Origin: an uncultured Gemmatimonas sp.
GTDB taxonomy: Bacteria; Gemmatimonadota; Gemmatimonadetes; Gemmatimonadales; GWC2-71-9
DNA: 64,000 nt
NCBI GenBank assembly: GCA_964619465.1
Contig: CAZUES010000015.1
Coordinates: 29,101-93,100, forward strand
Direction of reading: 5' to 3'
The first letter of the stretch is position 1. Each line of letters opens with the position of its first letter. Below, one piece after another: positions 33,231 through 43,221 of the stretch. A model generated the notes under the pieces. That model saw only the letters and a program-made list of their open reading frames with translations. It was not told the origin of the DNA and searched no databases. Made by a program: the position numbers and the translations under genes.

Positions 33231-34927
33231 CTAGAGCGGCCTCGCGCCACGGCAATGGCGAGCACTGCGTCCATCACGGGATCCCTGCCGGCGAAATAGT
33301 CGACCGATCGGACGGCGATCGGGATCTCCGGAATGATGGCTTGACGGCTGTCCGGCCAGAACGAGAACTGGTGATACCAGTTGGAAATCGTCACTCGAAT
33401 GCCGCTGTAGGGCAGGGTAAAGAAGTTGGGGCCTTCGCCGACGAAGTTGGGACTCGAACCGGTTGGCTCGCCGACGAAGATGGCGTCCGTCAGACGGTCG
33501 ACGTTGGTCGAGAAGTTCTGGGCTGCGGAGAAGGTATGTCGACTCGTCAAGTAGAAGACCCGGTGCTCAGGGTCGGCATCCTGGAACGCAGCGATCAGGC
33601 GGAGCAACGGGGGAAAGAGAAAACTGTTGCCGCCGGTATTGTGGCGGACGTCGACGATCAGATGCCGCACCGCCGGGTCCGTGACGGCTGCGCGAAGCCG
33701 TGGCGCAAAGCGAACGAGCGGTTCATCCGCCAGTTCCGCGACCTGATTGAACTGGAAGTAGACCGCCGCCGCCTCGGGCAACGGCGTAAACCAGTAGGGC
33801 GTCCGTACATTGCGCAGGTAGAGGGGCGTTGCGGTGTCCTGGCCCGGTGCCGGGCCCAGCTTGGCCGGGGCTTGGCTCCGAAGTGGATTGCCCGCCAGGC
33901 GCACATCGCGGGTTCGCCCGGTTCGGTCGCGGATCGTCAGACTGACGGAGTCGGGCGAATCCGAAGCGCCGAGGGCGTCGAGATAGTCGAGGATCGTCAG
34001 GGTCCAGGCGCCGACCCATTTGAGTCCCATGTCGTTGTCGCGATTGACCAGGTCGGGCAGGTCTGCGATGACCTCTTCTGCGCTGCGCCGTCCGAATCGG
34101 AGAATCCGGCTCCCGATCAGCTCCGTCCCGGCATCGGTCCCGCCAACCACGTAGATACCGTCGTCGAAGAGGTAGAGATCGAGCGGCAGCTGGCGAGCCG
34201 TCGGCGGCGGCGCGACCCGAGTGTGCCCATCCTCCAGCGCGACCACCAGTCGTTGCAACTCCACCGCGAACTGCCGCTCCGTCAGCGACGGAATCCGCGC
34301 TTCGATGGCCGATGCGAGGGAGTCGAACCGGGGAGAGAATGCCTGCCGCTTGAAGCTGGCATGAAGTCGCTTCGCTTCGCCGACGAGGAACCGGACGTCG
34401 TACCGATATCCCTCGTCGCGCGTAAACGGACGGTCCGGCAGCATTCCCGCTAACTCGCGAAACTCGGGGTCGCTGCGGTAGGCCCGGAAGATGGTATCCG
34501 TTGCCAGGTTGGTGCGGGGGGTGTATCGCCAGCCGAGTGCGCGACGGATCCAATCGAACGCTGCTGCCCGGTCGCCCCGCAGAGCGGCCGCCTTGGCCAG
34601 TTCATGCGCAAACCGTTCACGGAAGAAAAAGGTACCGTGCTCGACGGCCTGCGCTGCCCCGGACGTGAAGTCCCGTCGGCCGCTCGCATAGAACGAGGCG
34701 AAGGCGTACTTGTACCACATCTCCCCATCGGTGGGGTGATCGGCGGCAAGTCGCTGGTAGAGACGCGCCGCCGTCGCATGGTCGCTCTGTCGGCTGGCAG
34801 CGTTGGCACTGTCGAGCAGCATGAATCGGTCGACCGGCGGAAGCTGCTGGGCCACGAGCAGAGCCGGAATCAGTGATGCGAAGATGGAACCACCGATGCG
34901 CCATCGGCGGAGGGGCAGTCGCTGCAT
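33227..34927 (-). CDS. Secreted peptidase S41-family (tail-specific protease-like) protein with a helical N-terminal region
   Basis: Signal-like N-terminus. S41-like motifs are LIVDVRHNTGGN and SRHTFSAAQNF (candidate Ser nucleophile region). The stop overlaps the permease start by 4 nt. Confidence 0.65.
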   Translation of the reverse strand: MQRLPLRRWRIGGSIFASLIPALLVAQQLPPVDRFMLLDSANAASRQSDHATAARLYQRLAADHPTDGEMWYKYAFASFYASGRRDFTSGAAQAVEHGTFFFRERFAHELAKAAALRGDRAAAFDWIRRALGWRYTPRTNLATDTIFRAYRSDPEFRELAGMLPDRPFTRDEGYRYDVRFLVGEAKRLHASFKRQAFSPRFDSLASAIEARIPSLTERQFAVELQRLVVALEDGHTRVAPPPTARQLPLDLYLFDDGIYVVGGTDAGTELIGSRILRFGRRSAEEVIADLPDLVNRDNDMGLKWVGAWTLTILDYLDALGASDSPDSVSLTIRDRTGRTRDVRLAGNPLRSQAPAKLGPAPGQDTATPLYLRNVRTPYWFTPLPEAAAVYFQFNQVAELADEPLVRFAPRLRAAVTDPAVRHLIVDVRHNTGGNSFLFPPLLRLIAAFQDADPEHRVFYLTSRHTFSAAQNFSTNVDRLTDAIFVGEPTGSSPNFVGEGPNFFTLPYSGIRVTISNWYHQFSFWPDSRQAIIPEIPIAVRSVDYFAGRDPVMDAVLAIAVARGRSR

Positions 34928-35029
34928 GGATCCTCGGACTGTTGCAGGAACGGTCGGCGCCGCTAATGCTACACCCGCGATCGGGCGGTGTCTTGTATCC
35001 CGGACGGCGCTCTGGAACGAACGGCGTCC

Positions 35030-35851
35030 TCAGTCCGGACGGTGCGCTCCAGGGCTGCGACGATACCGGGCCGGTGTCGTCCCTGTGTGTCGCTTGAAGA
35101 GGCGGGTAAAGTGACTCTGATCCGCGAACCCGGCCGTCAGGGCAACCTCCGCAAGCGAACGATCGGGTCGGGCCATTAGCTGACGGGCGTAGTTGATCCG
35201 CAAGCTGCGGATATACTCGCCGACCGAACACCCGAACTCCTGCCGGAATACCGCGGTCAGATGCGCGGGGTGGATACCGACCTCGCCGGCCAGACGGCGA
35301 AGGCCGAGCGGTGCCGTAAACGAATCATGGAGGATGTCACGCGCCGTTTCGACCCAGGCCGGCCGTCCGGATCGCTGCGCCAGTTGGTTGGCGCGCGATG
35401 CATGGACCATCAGTTCCAGGGCAATCCCCTCGAGTACGAGGCCGGTAAGGTCGTCCGGCTGCTCGAGCTCGCGGCAGATCCGAAGCCCCAGCTCCAGCAG
35501 CGTGCTGTTGACGAAATGCATCGGAGCGCTCAGGGCCTGCTCGATGGCGCGATCGCCCTCCAGGCGCAGCGGCGGCACTCCCACCGCCAGGTACCTGGCA
35601 CCCGTACCACCGACTCGGCACTCGTGGGACTCTCCCGCCGGCTTGAAGGTCACGTCGAACCGACGGCAGGATAGATATTGTCGTCCAACCGTTTCGGTCA
35701 GCGATCCATCCAGCATGAAACAGAACTCGGCCATGTCATGGATGTGCCACGGCCGCTCGGCGTGCGGAGCATACCCCGCTTCGGTGAGCACGAAGCCGGA
35801 GGCCTGTACCTCGTGATAGCCGATCTTTCCCGGAATTGCGTCCATGAACAC
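35030..35851 (-). CDS. AraC-family transcriptional regulator (cupin-like N-terminus + HTH_18)
   Basis: The C-terminus is typical of AraC/XylS: LRRLAGEVGIHPAHLTAVFRQEFGCSVGEYIRSLRINYARQLM...ALTAGFADQSHFTRLFKRHTGTTPARYR. Confidence 0.88.
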   Translation of the reverse strand: MFMDAIPGKIGYHEVQASGFVLTEAGYAPHAERPWHIHDMAEFCFMLDGSLTETVGRQYLSCRRFDVTFKPAGESHECRVGGTGARYLAVGVPPLRLEGDRAIEQALSAPMHFVNSTLLELGLRICRELEQPDDLTGLVLEGIALELMVHASRANQLAQRSGRPAWVETARDILHDSFTAPLGLRRLAGEVGIHPAHLTAVFRQEFGCSVGEYIRSLRINYARQLMARPDRSLAEVALTAGFADQSHFTRLFKRHTGTTPARYRRSPGAHRPD

Positions 35852-35872
35852 TCGAGCGTCGAACGGGTAGCC

Positions 35873-37291
35873 TCAAGGATACGAGGCGATCAGGGAATCT
35901 ACCATCCGCCGTAGCTCGGCCCCGGGGAGCCAGCGCCCGCGAACCATGACACCGGCGATCCGTCCGACGTTGCCGATCTCCTGCAACGGATCGGCGTCGA
36001 GCAGCACCAGATCGGCCCGACTGCCGACGCTGATGATGCCACGGTGGGTCGGATCATCGATGAACGCCGCCGGATTCCGGGTTGCCGTGAGCAGCGCCTC
36101 ATAGGGAGACAAACCGGCCGCCACGAAGTGCTGGAGTTCCCGGTGCAGGGACGGCCCCGCAACGACCGCGGGAACGCCGACATCCGTCCCGGCCAGCAGC
36201 TGCACACCGGCGTCATGAAACCCTTTCACCAGCGCTTTGGCAAAGTCGCCAGCTTCCCAGAACGCAGCGGCATCGTCTTGGCTGAAAGCGCGATGGTACG
36301 GATTGGTGCCCACGCCCCACGATCCCCGCATGCCGGGCGGTACCATTCGCATCTCGTCGCCTGCCATCAGCTGAGGCAGGCTGTCCAGTTGCCGCGGAAT
36401 GTTGAGGAAGACTTCGAGCGTGGGTGTTACCCGGATCCCCGAACGGGCCACTCGACGCGCCAGCGCAGGAATCTCCGGGGTCAGGTCGCTTGCTCTGCGG
36501 CGATTCTTGGTGGCGTGATGGTTGAAGTGACCGTACATCACTTCTTCCATGTGCACGATGTTCGCCTGGCCTGAGGTCAGCGTCGTCTCGAGGCATGAAG
36601 CGCAGAAACAGACAATCCTGGTAGGCTCGCATCGGTTGAGCCCATCCGGGCCAAGGCCCCTGACCACATGTCCGACGACCGGGATGCCGAGCCTCCGGGC
36701 CGTGGAAACGATGCCCCAGTATGCCGGGCGGCTCAGCTGATTGTAGACCTTGATGTACTGGTATCCGGCGGCAGCGTCCTCGCGGGCGATTCGCTCACCG
36801 TCGGCAAACGTCAGCAGCGAATCGTTCCAGATCGGTCCGGTGGTAACCATCGTGGGGCCGAGTCTGGCGCCCGTGGCAAACTGCTCGCGGAGGCGGAGAT
36901 GGTCGGGGGAACCACGCATGTTGAAGACGGTGGTGACCCCGTGAGCCACGAAGAGCAGTCCCAATGCCCGGTTGACCGAGTCGCTCCGCCCGAAGTGGAC
37001 ATGCATGTCGGCAAGCCCAGGGATCAGGAACTTGCCGCGCCCATCCACCCGGCGGACGCCGCTCGGAATGGCGATCTCTGATCCCGGGCCGGCTGCCACG
37101 ACCATCCCATTGGCAACGAGCACCGTCTGAGCCGGACGACGCAGGCTGTCGCTCATCGTGATGGTGGTCACGTTGACGATGGCGACGGGATCTGGAACGG
37201 TTGTCGAGGGGGGATTCTGAGCGCCGAGTACGATCGCAGTCAGCAGACAGTAACAGCCCAGTGCGCCCATGAAGCCATCCCGGAAAAGCAC
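35873..37291 (-). CDS. Amidohydrolase-family metal-dependent hydrolase (secreted)
   Basis: Signal-like N-terminus. FLIPGLADMHVHF is the HxH metal motif, and LLAGTDVGVP and GSRADLVLLDADPL are typical amidohydrolase_1 ends. Confidence 0.8.
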   Translation of the reverse strand: MLFRDGFMGALGCYCLLTAIVLGAQNPPSTTVPDPVAIVNVTTITMSDSLRRPAQTVLVANGMVVAAGPGSEIAIPSGVRRVDGRGKFLIPGLADMHVHFGRSDSVNRALGLLFVAHGVTTVFNMRGSPDHLRLREQFATGARLGPTMVTTGPIWNDSLLTFADGERIAREDAAAGYQYIKVYNQLSRPAYWGIVSTARRLGIPVVGHVVRGLGPDGLNRCEPTRIVCFCASCLETTLTSGQANIVHMEEVMYGHFNHHATKNRRRASDLTPEIPALARRVARSGIRVTPTLEVFLNIPRQLDSLPQLMAGDEMRMVPPGMRGSWGVGTNPYHRAFSQDDAAAFWEAGDFAKALVKGFHDAGVQLLAGTDVGVPAVVAGPSLHRELQHFVAAGLSPYEALLTATRNPAAFIDDPTHRGIISVGSRADLVLLDADPLQEIGNVGRIAGVMVRGRWLPGAELRRMVDSLIASYP

Positions 37292-37378
37292 GCGAGCCCC
37301 GCGGGTGCGGGGCCTCGGATCGGAATGGAAGATCGGGGGAAAATCGTTCGGTGTCTTGAACGATCGGCGGGTTGGACC

Positions 37379-37804
37379 CTACCGGCGGAGCGTAAAGCGC
37401 CCGCTGGCGGCCTTGGGGCCGCCCACCCAGCGCCATTCGCCCTCGATGGCGCCGGCTTTCCAGCTGCCGGTCAACTCGGCCTGGCCGGATTCGCCATTGG
37501 GATTGAGGACGATCCGAACCGCATCGCCGCGGGTGGCCTGGAGCGTGGCCGGGGCCGCATCAGGACCCAGTCCGACGGTGGAGAAGGGAATCCGGTAGCT
37601 GCCCCGAACCGGCTGGCCCGGACGGGTCTGCACCGCCACGATCGTCCCGGTTACCGTCTTGGTTCCGCCGGAGCCGTCGTCCACGGTGAACGTGGCCGTC
37701 CATCGCCCCGCCAGCCCGGGATCCTGCGCCGTCGCGCCCACGGCCACACCGACCGAGACGGCCAGCGTCGCCAAAGCGGAAATCAACCAGCGCCGTCGAT
37801 TCAT
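37379..37804 (-). CDS. Small secreted hypothetical protein
   Basis: 141 aa with the signal peptide MNRRRWLISALATLAVSVGVAVGATAQ. Its ATG overlaps the PBP4 stop (37801..37804). Confidence 0.6.
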   Translation of the reverse strand: MNRRRWLISALATLAVSVGVAVGATAQDPGLAGRWTATFTVDDGSGGTKTVTGTIVAVQTRPGQPVRGSYRIPFSTVGLGPDAAPATLQATRGDAVRIVLNPNGESGQAELTGSWKAGAIEGEWRWVGGPKAASGRFTLRR

Positions 37805-39315
37805 CGATCGCCCCTCGGCTCACCGCCAAAGACGTCCACTACCGCCGAATCGGAGGGAATCACGACCCCTTCCGCGCCCAGCTGGCGGAACAGCGTCCAC
37901 TGGGCTTGCCGTGCAGCCGACACGCTCGCTCCGTTGTAGATCAGCGAAATCACCAGCACGCCGTCCGGCCGGCCGAGATACCCCACCAGCGACGCGACGT
38001 TGCCCAGCGTGCCGGTCTTGGCGCGAACCACGCCGCTCTGCGGCAGGCCGCTGCCCAGCCGGCGCAGCGTGCCGGATCCGTTGGGCGGCAGCAGCATTGG
38101 GAAGTTCCGCCCGCCCGGGTGCTGGGGGAAGCGGGCCAGATACGACACGAACGTCATCGGCGAGACCCGATTGAGGTCGGAAAGACCGCTGCCGTCCACG
38201 ATGCGGACACCGGTGTAGTCGCCCGTGATCTGCTGTACATGAGCAGTAAGACGATCGGCGGGCACCGGATCCCCACGCGCTGCCCAGTGCAGCAGCAATT
38301 CCGCGCCGAGATTCAGGCTGCGCCGATTTACTTCACTTGCCACCGAGTCGAAAACCGGCGACTGAACTTCGGCCATCACCGTGGTGCCCGGCAGCGCGGA
38401 TCCGATCGCATCGCTTGGGGTCCACTCGATCCCCGCCTGCTCGAGCGCGTGCGACCACATCGCCTCCAGCAAGACCCGCGTGTCGGTTGCCGCGCGGGCC
38501 AGGCCGCGAGAACCAGCCCGGGCGCCCAGCGTACCGGCAACGCGGTAGCGCCCGTCGGGCAGCGCTTCGATGCGCAGCTGGGACCGACGCCCGGCCACCG
38601 TCTTGGCCGTCACCGAGAAGAGACGCGCCGCCCCCGCCGGAGCGGTCGAGGCCAGCCGGACCGGCTGCCCCACTCGTCCCGGCGCGACTGTCGCGATGAC
38701 CAGATTGTCATGAACCGTCAGATTGCCGACCGGTGGTGCGAAGACTCGCCCCTGATGCCGGGCTGACCACGTCGCGGGGAAGAGTGCCTCGGCCTCACCA
38801 CTCGCACTGACGACTTTGAGCTGGCCAAGTAATCGGCGGATCCCCCGATCGGCCAGCTGGATCGCCAGATCGGTCAGACTCGTGACCGCCGTCCCCTGAT
38901 GCTCGAGGCTCGGATCGCCGTTCAGCTCCAGCGCCCAGGTGCCCTGCCAGATCCCGGTTGCCGGATCGACTCGGCCGTCCCCGACCACACGGGTCGAATT
39001 CCGGGCATCGCTGCCGAGTACGCTCCGGGCAAACCCGGTGGTGAGCACTTTGATGGTGGAGGCGGGAATCATCGGTCTGGTGGGCTGAATACCCCAGACC
39101 AGGCGGCCCTGCTGGTCCGCGATGGCTATGCCCCAGGTGCCGGGAGCGCGCCGGTTGGCTTCAGTGAACCACGATTCGAGTTGGGTACTGAGGGATATCG
39201 AAGCCGCTGCCGGATCGTCAACCGCAACACGCGCAGCCTGAGGTTGGGCGGCGAGCGTACCACTCGCGGCCATCAGGCCGCTGACGCAGATCCATCCCCA
39301 GCTCGTTCCCGCCAT
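37801..39315 (-). CDS. dacB: D-alanyl-D-alanine carboxypeptidase/endopeptidase (PBP4, peptidase S13)
   Basis: ORF 37801..39603, trimmed to MAGTSWGWICVSGLMAASGTLAAQ. The SxxK motif is PASTIKVLTTGFA, and DGSGLS and KTGTL motifs are present. Confidence 0.82.
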   Translation of the reverse strand: MAGTSWGWICVSGLMAASGTLAAQPQAARVAVDDPAAASISLSTQLESWFTEANRRAPGTWGIAIADQQGRLVWGIQPTRPMIPASTIKVLTTGFARSVLGSDARNSTRVVGDGRVDPATGIWQGTWALELNGDPSLEHQGTAVTSLTDLAIQLADRGIRRLLGQLKVVSASGEAEALFPATWSARHQGRVFAPPVGNLTVHDNLVIATVAPGRVGQPVRLASTAPAGAARLFSVTAKTVAGRRSQLRIEALPDGRYRVAGTLGARAGSRGLARAATDTRVLLEAMWSHALEQAGIEWTPSDAIGSALPGTTVMAEVQSPVFDSVASEVNRRSLNLGAELLLHWAARGDPVPADRLTAHVQQITGDYTGVRIVDGSGLSDLNRVSPMTFVSYLARFPQHPGGRNFPMLLPPNGSGTLRRLGSGLPQSGVVRAKTGTLGNVASLVGYLGRPDGVLVISLIYNGASVSAARQAQWTLFRQLGAEGVVIPSDSAVVDVFGGEPRGDR

Positions 39316-39364
39316 TACCCCGCCCTTTCCGCGGGGTGACACGGCCGCGGGCCTCGGACATTCA

Positions 39365-40528
39365 CTATCGCAACATCGCCTTCGCGATGGTCTGCAGCTG
39401 CATGTTGCTGGTCCCCTCATAAATCGTGCCAATTTTGGCGTCGCGGTAAAACTTTTCCGCGGGATACTCCTTGGAGTAGCCATATCCGCCAAAAAGCTCG
39501 AGCGCCTGCCCGGCGGTTCGATTGGCGACCTGCGACGAGAACAGCTTGGCCATGGCGGCCTCTTCGGTAAACGGCTGCCCCTGATCCTTGAGGCGCGCCG
39601 CATTATAGACCAGCAGGCGCGCAGCCTCCAGCTCGACTTTCATTTGCGCAATCTGAAACTGGACACCCTGGAAATCGGCGATGGCCTTGCCGAACTGCTT
39701 CCGCTCCTGGATGTACTGCACGCAGGCGTCGAGCGCTCCCTGGGCAATGCCGATCATCTGAGCGCCGATCCCGATCCGGCCCTCGTTGAGCGTTTCGATC
39801 GCCACCTTGTAGCCGACCCCCACCGGACCCAGCACGTTGGCCGCGGGGACCTTACACCCCTCGAGAATCAGTTCCGTCGTGCTGGAGGCACGAATACCGA
39901 GCTTGTTCTCTTTCTTGCCGATCGAGAAACCGGGAAAGTCGCGCTCGACCAGGAACGCCGTGATGCCCTTGTACCCCTTCGAGAAGTCGGTGTTGGCAAA
40001 GACGATGAAGATTCCGGCTTCAGCGCCATTGGTGATCCAGAACTTCCGGCCGGTGATCTCCCAGTCGTCGCCCACTTTGTCGGCCTTGCACTGGAGCGCG
40101 AAGGCGTCGCTGCCACTGGCTGGTTCCGACAGGGCGTAGGCACCCAGCAGGTCGGTCGTGGTCCGCGGGAAGAGGCGTGCCTTCTGCTCGTCGGTGGCCC
40201 AGCGGAGAATGGCGTTGTTGAACAGGGTGTTGTGGACGTCGACATAGATGGCCGCCGACGCGTCGACCCGGGCCATTTCTTCGATCGCGAGCGTTGCCAT
40301 GAAGAGCGAACCGCCGGCCCCGCCATGCTCCTCGGGCACCTCGATGCCCATCAACCCCAGGTCGAAGAATTTGGCAATGAGGTCGGGGCGGAACTTGCCG
40401 GCCTCGTCCATTTCCATGACGTGCGGCTTGATCTCCGTCTCGGCAAAATCGCGGACCGTATCACGGAACAATTGCTCTTCTTCCGAGAGGACGGACAGCG
40501 CGGGCGTCGGGGCTGCGATGCTGGACAT
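39365..40528 (-). CDS. Acyl-CoA dehydrogenase
   Basis: ORF 39365..40993, trimmed to MSSIAAPTPALSVLSEEEQLFRDTV (387 aa). The sequence is typical ACAD throughout (FWITNG, QIFGGYGY-like ELFGGYGYSKEYPAEKFYRDAKIGTIYEGTSN). Confidence 0.92.
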   Translation of the reverse strand: MSSIAAPTPALSVLSEEEQLFRDTVRDFAETEIKPHVMEMDEAGKFRPDLIAKFFDLGLMGIEVPEEHGGAGGSLFMATLAIEEMARVDASAAIYVDVHNTLFNNAILRWATDEQKARLFPRTTTDLLGAYALSEPASGSDAFALQCKADKVGDDWEITGRKFWITNGAEAGIFIVFANTDFSKGYKGITAFLVERDFPGFSIGKKENKLGIRASSTTELILEGCKVPAANVLGPVGVGYKVAIETLNEGRIGIGAQMIGIAQGALDACVQYIQERKQFGKAIADFQGVQFQIAQMKVELEAARLLVYNAARLKDQGQPFTEEAAMAKLFSSQVANRTAGQALELFGGYGYSKEYPAEKFYRDAKIGTIYEGTSNMQLQTIAKAMLR

Positions 40529-40680
40529 ACTGGACTCCAGAGGTAATCGTCGGTAACCCCCTAACATAGCCAGAACGGCGGCCCCTGGTGAAGGCGTCCT
40601 GGCTGCCCCTTTCGCCGTCGGCGAACTGTGCAACTTCGCGGCATGGGTGCATCTCCCGGACCCCACATTATGGAGATCCC

Positions 40681-42549
40681 ATGCGAGGCACCACGTCGTT
40701 GGCCCTGTTGGCTGGACTGTTTCTGGGTGCGACCCCCGAAACCCGCGAAAGCCCGGTGGGCACCATCGAGGGCTTTGTCCGCGACCCCAATGCGGCCCCG
40801 ATCGCCGGCGCCAGAGTGACCGTCGAAGGGAGCGGGGCCCGGACATCGACCGATCGGGCCGGTCGGTATGTCCTGACCGGCGTGCCGGCCGGCCCCGTCG
40901 ACCTGACGGTCCGCGCCGTCGGATATGTCCTCGAACGGAGACGAATTGACCTTGGAAGTGGACAACGTCGAACCGTCGATTTCGTCCTTGCACCGGTTCC
41001 GGTCAGTCTGGATGATCTGGTGATAGCGGAGGCGCGCCCGGTATCACCGCGATCGGAAAAGTTGCGGGCCGTCCAGTCGGTGGCGGCCGCCCCGTACCTG
41101 CTGCGCGATTTCAATACCGAGGAGTATCGTCATTTCCGGGACAACGACTGGACCTCGCCGACCCGTCAGCCGCTCTCGACCTTTGCCGTCGATGTCGATG
41201 CCGGCAGCTACGGAAATGTGCGCCGCTTCCTCAAGGAAGGACGCCTGCCGCCCAAAGACGCGGTCCGCGTCGAGGAGATGATCAACTATTTCCGCTACGA
41301 CTACGCCGCGCCGCGTGGTGGGCACCCGGTTGCCGTGACGACCGAACTGGCCCGGTCGCCCTGGAACTCGAATCATCGGCTTGCACTGATCGGGCTCCAG
41401 ACCGATCGGTTGCCGCTCGAGAACCTCCCACCCAGCAACCTCGTCTTCCTGATCGACGTCAGTGGGTCGATGTCGAGCCCCGACAAGCTGCCGCTCGTCA
41501 AAGCCGCGTTTCGCCTGCTCGTCAATGAACTGCGAGACAGTGATCGAGTCGCCATCGTCGTCTACGCAGGTGCCGCAGGTGTCGTGTTGCCATCGACCAG
41601 CGGGCGCGAGAAGACGCGGATCCTCGACGCACTGGAGCAACTCCAGGCGGGTGGATCGACGGCCGGCGGCGCCGGAATCAAGCTCGCCTACCAGGTGGCC
41701 CGGGAACACTTTGCTCGCGAAGGCAACAACCGCGTTATTCTCGCGAGTGATGGCGACTTCAATGTCGGCGCGTCGAGCGAGGGTGAACTGGTCCGTCTGA
41801 TCGAAACCGAACGCCAGGGTGGCGTGTTCCTGACCGTGCTTGGCTTCGGCACCGGCAATCTGAAAGACGCCAAGATGGAGCAGCTGGCCAACAAGGGGAA
41901 CGGCCACTACGCCTACGTCGACGACCTGCTCGAGGCCAAGAAGGTGTTCGTGCAGGAACTTGGCGCCACGCTCCACACGGTGGCCAAGGATGTGAAGATC
42001 CAGGTCGAGTTCAACCCGGCCCGGGTCAAGTCGTACCGGTTGGTGGGCTACGAGAATCGCCTGCTGGCCGATCGCGACTTCAACGACGATACCAAGGATG
42101 CCGGCGAGATGGGGGCGGGGCACTCCGTGACGGCGCTGTATGAAATCGTGCCGGTCGACGGCAGCGATCAGGGCGGTTCGGTCGATCCGCTCAAGTATCA
42201 GCGGTCCCGCACAGCCGGCGGCTCCGATGACTGGTTTACCGTCAAGGTCCGCTACCAGCGGCCCGAAGGGTCGGCGAGCAGGCTGATCGAGCACGTGGTG
42301 CGGCAGGAAACCGCTCGCCCCTCTGCCGATTTTCGCTTTGCCGGCGCCGTGGCCGGTTTTGGCATGCTGCTCCGGGATTCCGAGCACAAGGGCAATGCCT
42401 CGTTTGATAGCGTGATCGCGGCGGCTCGCGGGGCCAAGGGTGCCGACGCCGAGGGATATCGCGCCGAGTTCATCCGACTGGCCGAGATGGCGGCGCGATT
42501 GGGGCCGCCGAGCCGCGAACTCTCGGAGGGACGCCCCGACCGTTGGTAG
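40681..42549 (+). CDS. Secreted CarboxypepD_reg + vWA (YfbK-like, vWA + DUF3520-type C-terminus) protein
   Basis: ORF 40588..42549, trimmed to MRGTTSLALLAGLFLGA. The CarboxypepD_reg segment is GTIEGFVRDPNAAPIAGARVTVEG...GRYVLTGVPAGPVDLTV. The vWA MIDAS motif is LVFLIDVSGSMS. The YfbK-like C-terminus contains YRLVGYENR. Confidence 0.82.
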   Translation: MRGTTSLALLAGLFLGATPETRESPVGTIEGFVRDPNAAPIAGARVTVEGSGARTSTDRAGRYVLTGVPAGPVDLTVRAVGYVLERRRIDLGSGQRRTVDFVLAPVPVSLDDLVIAEARPVSPRSEKLRAVQSVAAAPYLLRDFNTEEYRHFRDNDWTSPTRQPLSTFAVDVDAGSYGNVRRFLKEGRLPPKDAVRVEEMINYFRYDYAAPRGGHPVAVTTELARSPWNSNHRLALIGLQTDRLPLENLPPSNLVFLIDVSGSMSSPDKLPLVKAAFRLLVNELRDSDRVAIVVYAGAAGVVLPSTSGREKTRILDALEQLQAGGSTAGGAGIKLAYQVAREHFAREGNNRVILASDGDFNVGASSEGELVRLIETERQGGVFLTVLGFGTGNLKDAKMEQLANKGNGHYAYVDDLLEAKKVFVQELGATLHTVAKDVKIQVEFNPARVKSYRLVGYENRLLADRDFNDDTKDAGEMGAGHSVTALYEIVPVDGSDQGGSVDPLKYQRSRTAGGSDDWFTVKVRYQRPEGSASRLIEHVVRQETARPSADFRFAGAVAGFGMLLRDSEHKGNASFDSVIAAARGAKGADAEGYRAEFIRLAEMAARLGPPSRELSEGRPDRW

Positions 42550-42632
42550 GTGTGCCATTGCGAGGAGGGTGGGCCGTCTGTCTATTGATGAAGGGCCAGG
42601 CGGCCCCGCTCCTTTTTGCCGGAAGGTGTCCG

Positions 42633-43058
42633 ATGCGAACTCTCATCCCCATTCTGTTACTGGCTGCCGCTGCTTGCTCGGCAGGTGCGCCGCCGGAGAC
42701 GACACCGCTGCCGAATCAGGCGCCACCCGTTACCCCGCCTCCCCCCACAGACGTCGATCGTGCCGCGCCGCCCACGCCGCCGGCCGAGCCCGATCGGGCC
42801 AAGCCTTGGCGCGGTGCCGTGACCTACCGATGCACGGGTGACCGGACCATCGAGACGAACTACGCAGACGACGGCACCGTCGAGGTGCGCTGGAACGGGC
42901 GCTGGTATACCCTGCGTCCGCAGCAGGCGGCATCCGGGGCCCTTTTTGCCAACAGCTCCCTTCGATGGCACACCCGGGGCGACTCGGCCATCCTGGAGGA
43001 GCGGGGCCAGACGGTTGCTTCCGGCTGCTCGGTCCAGTCCCGGGGCGGATCCGACTGA
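42633..43058 (+). CDS. MliC-like (C-type lysozyme inhibitor family) lipoprotein
   Basis: Lipobox LLLAAAACS followed by a Pro-rich linker. The core YRCTGDRTIETNYADDGTVEVRWNGRWYTLRPQQAASGALFANSSLRWHTRGDSAIL fits the MliC pattern. Confidence 0.65.
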   Translation: MRTLIPILLLAAAACSAGAPPETTPLPNQAPPVTPPPPTDVDRAAPPTPPAEPDRAKPWRGAVTYRCTGDRTIETNYADDGTVEVRWNGRWYTLRPQQAASGALFANSSLRWHTRGDSAILEERGQTVASGCSVQSRGGSD

Positions 43059-43221
43059 TCGGTCGGCTGTAATCAGCCCGGAAGACGCTCTCCTATCTCG
43101 TTGCCTTCCAATCGTTTACCGGGCTGGAATACGGTCCGGTGCCGCCGTAAGTGTCCCGTAAGTCCCGACGTCGAGATTTGATCTGTAAGCCGGGCCGAAT
43201 GGTCCGGCGCTGATCTCGAAC

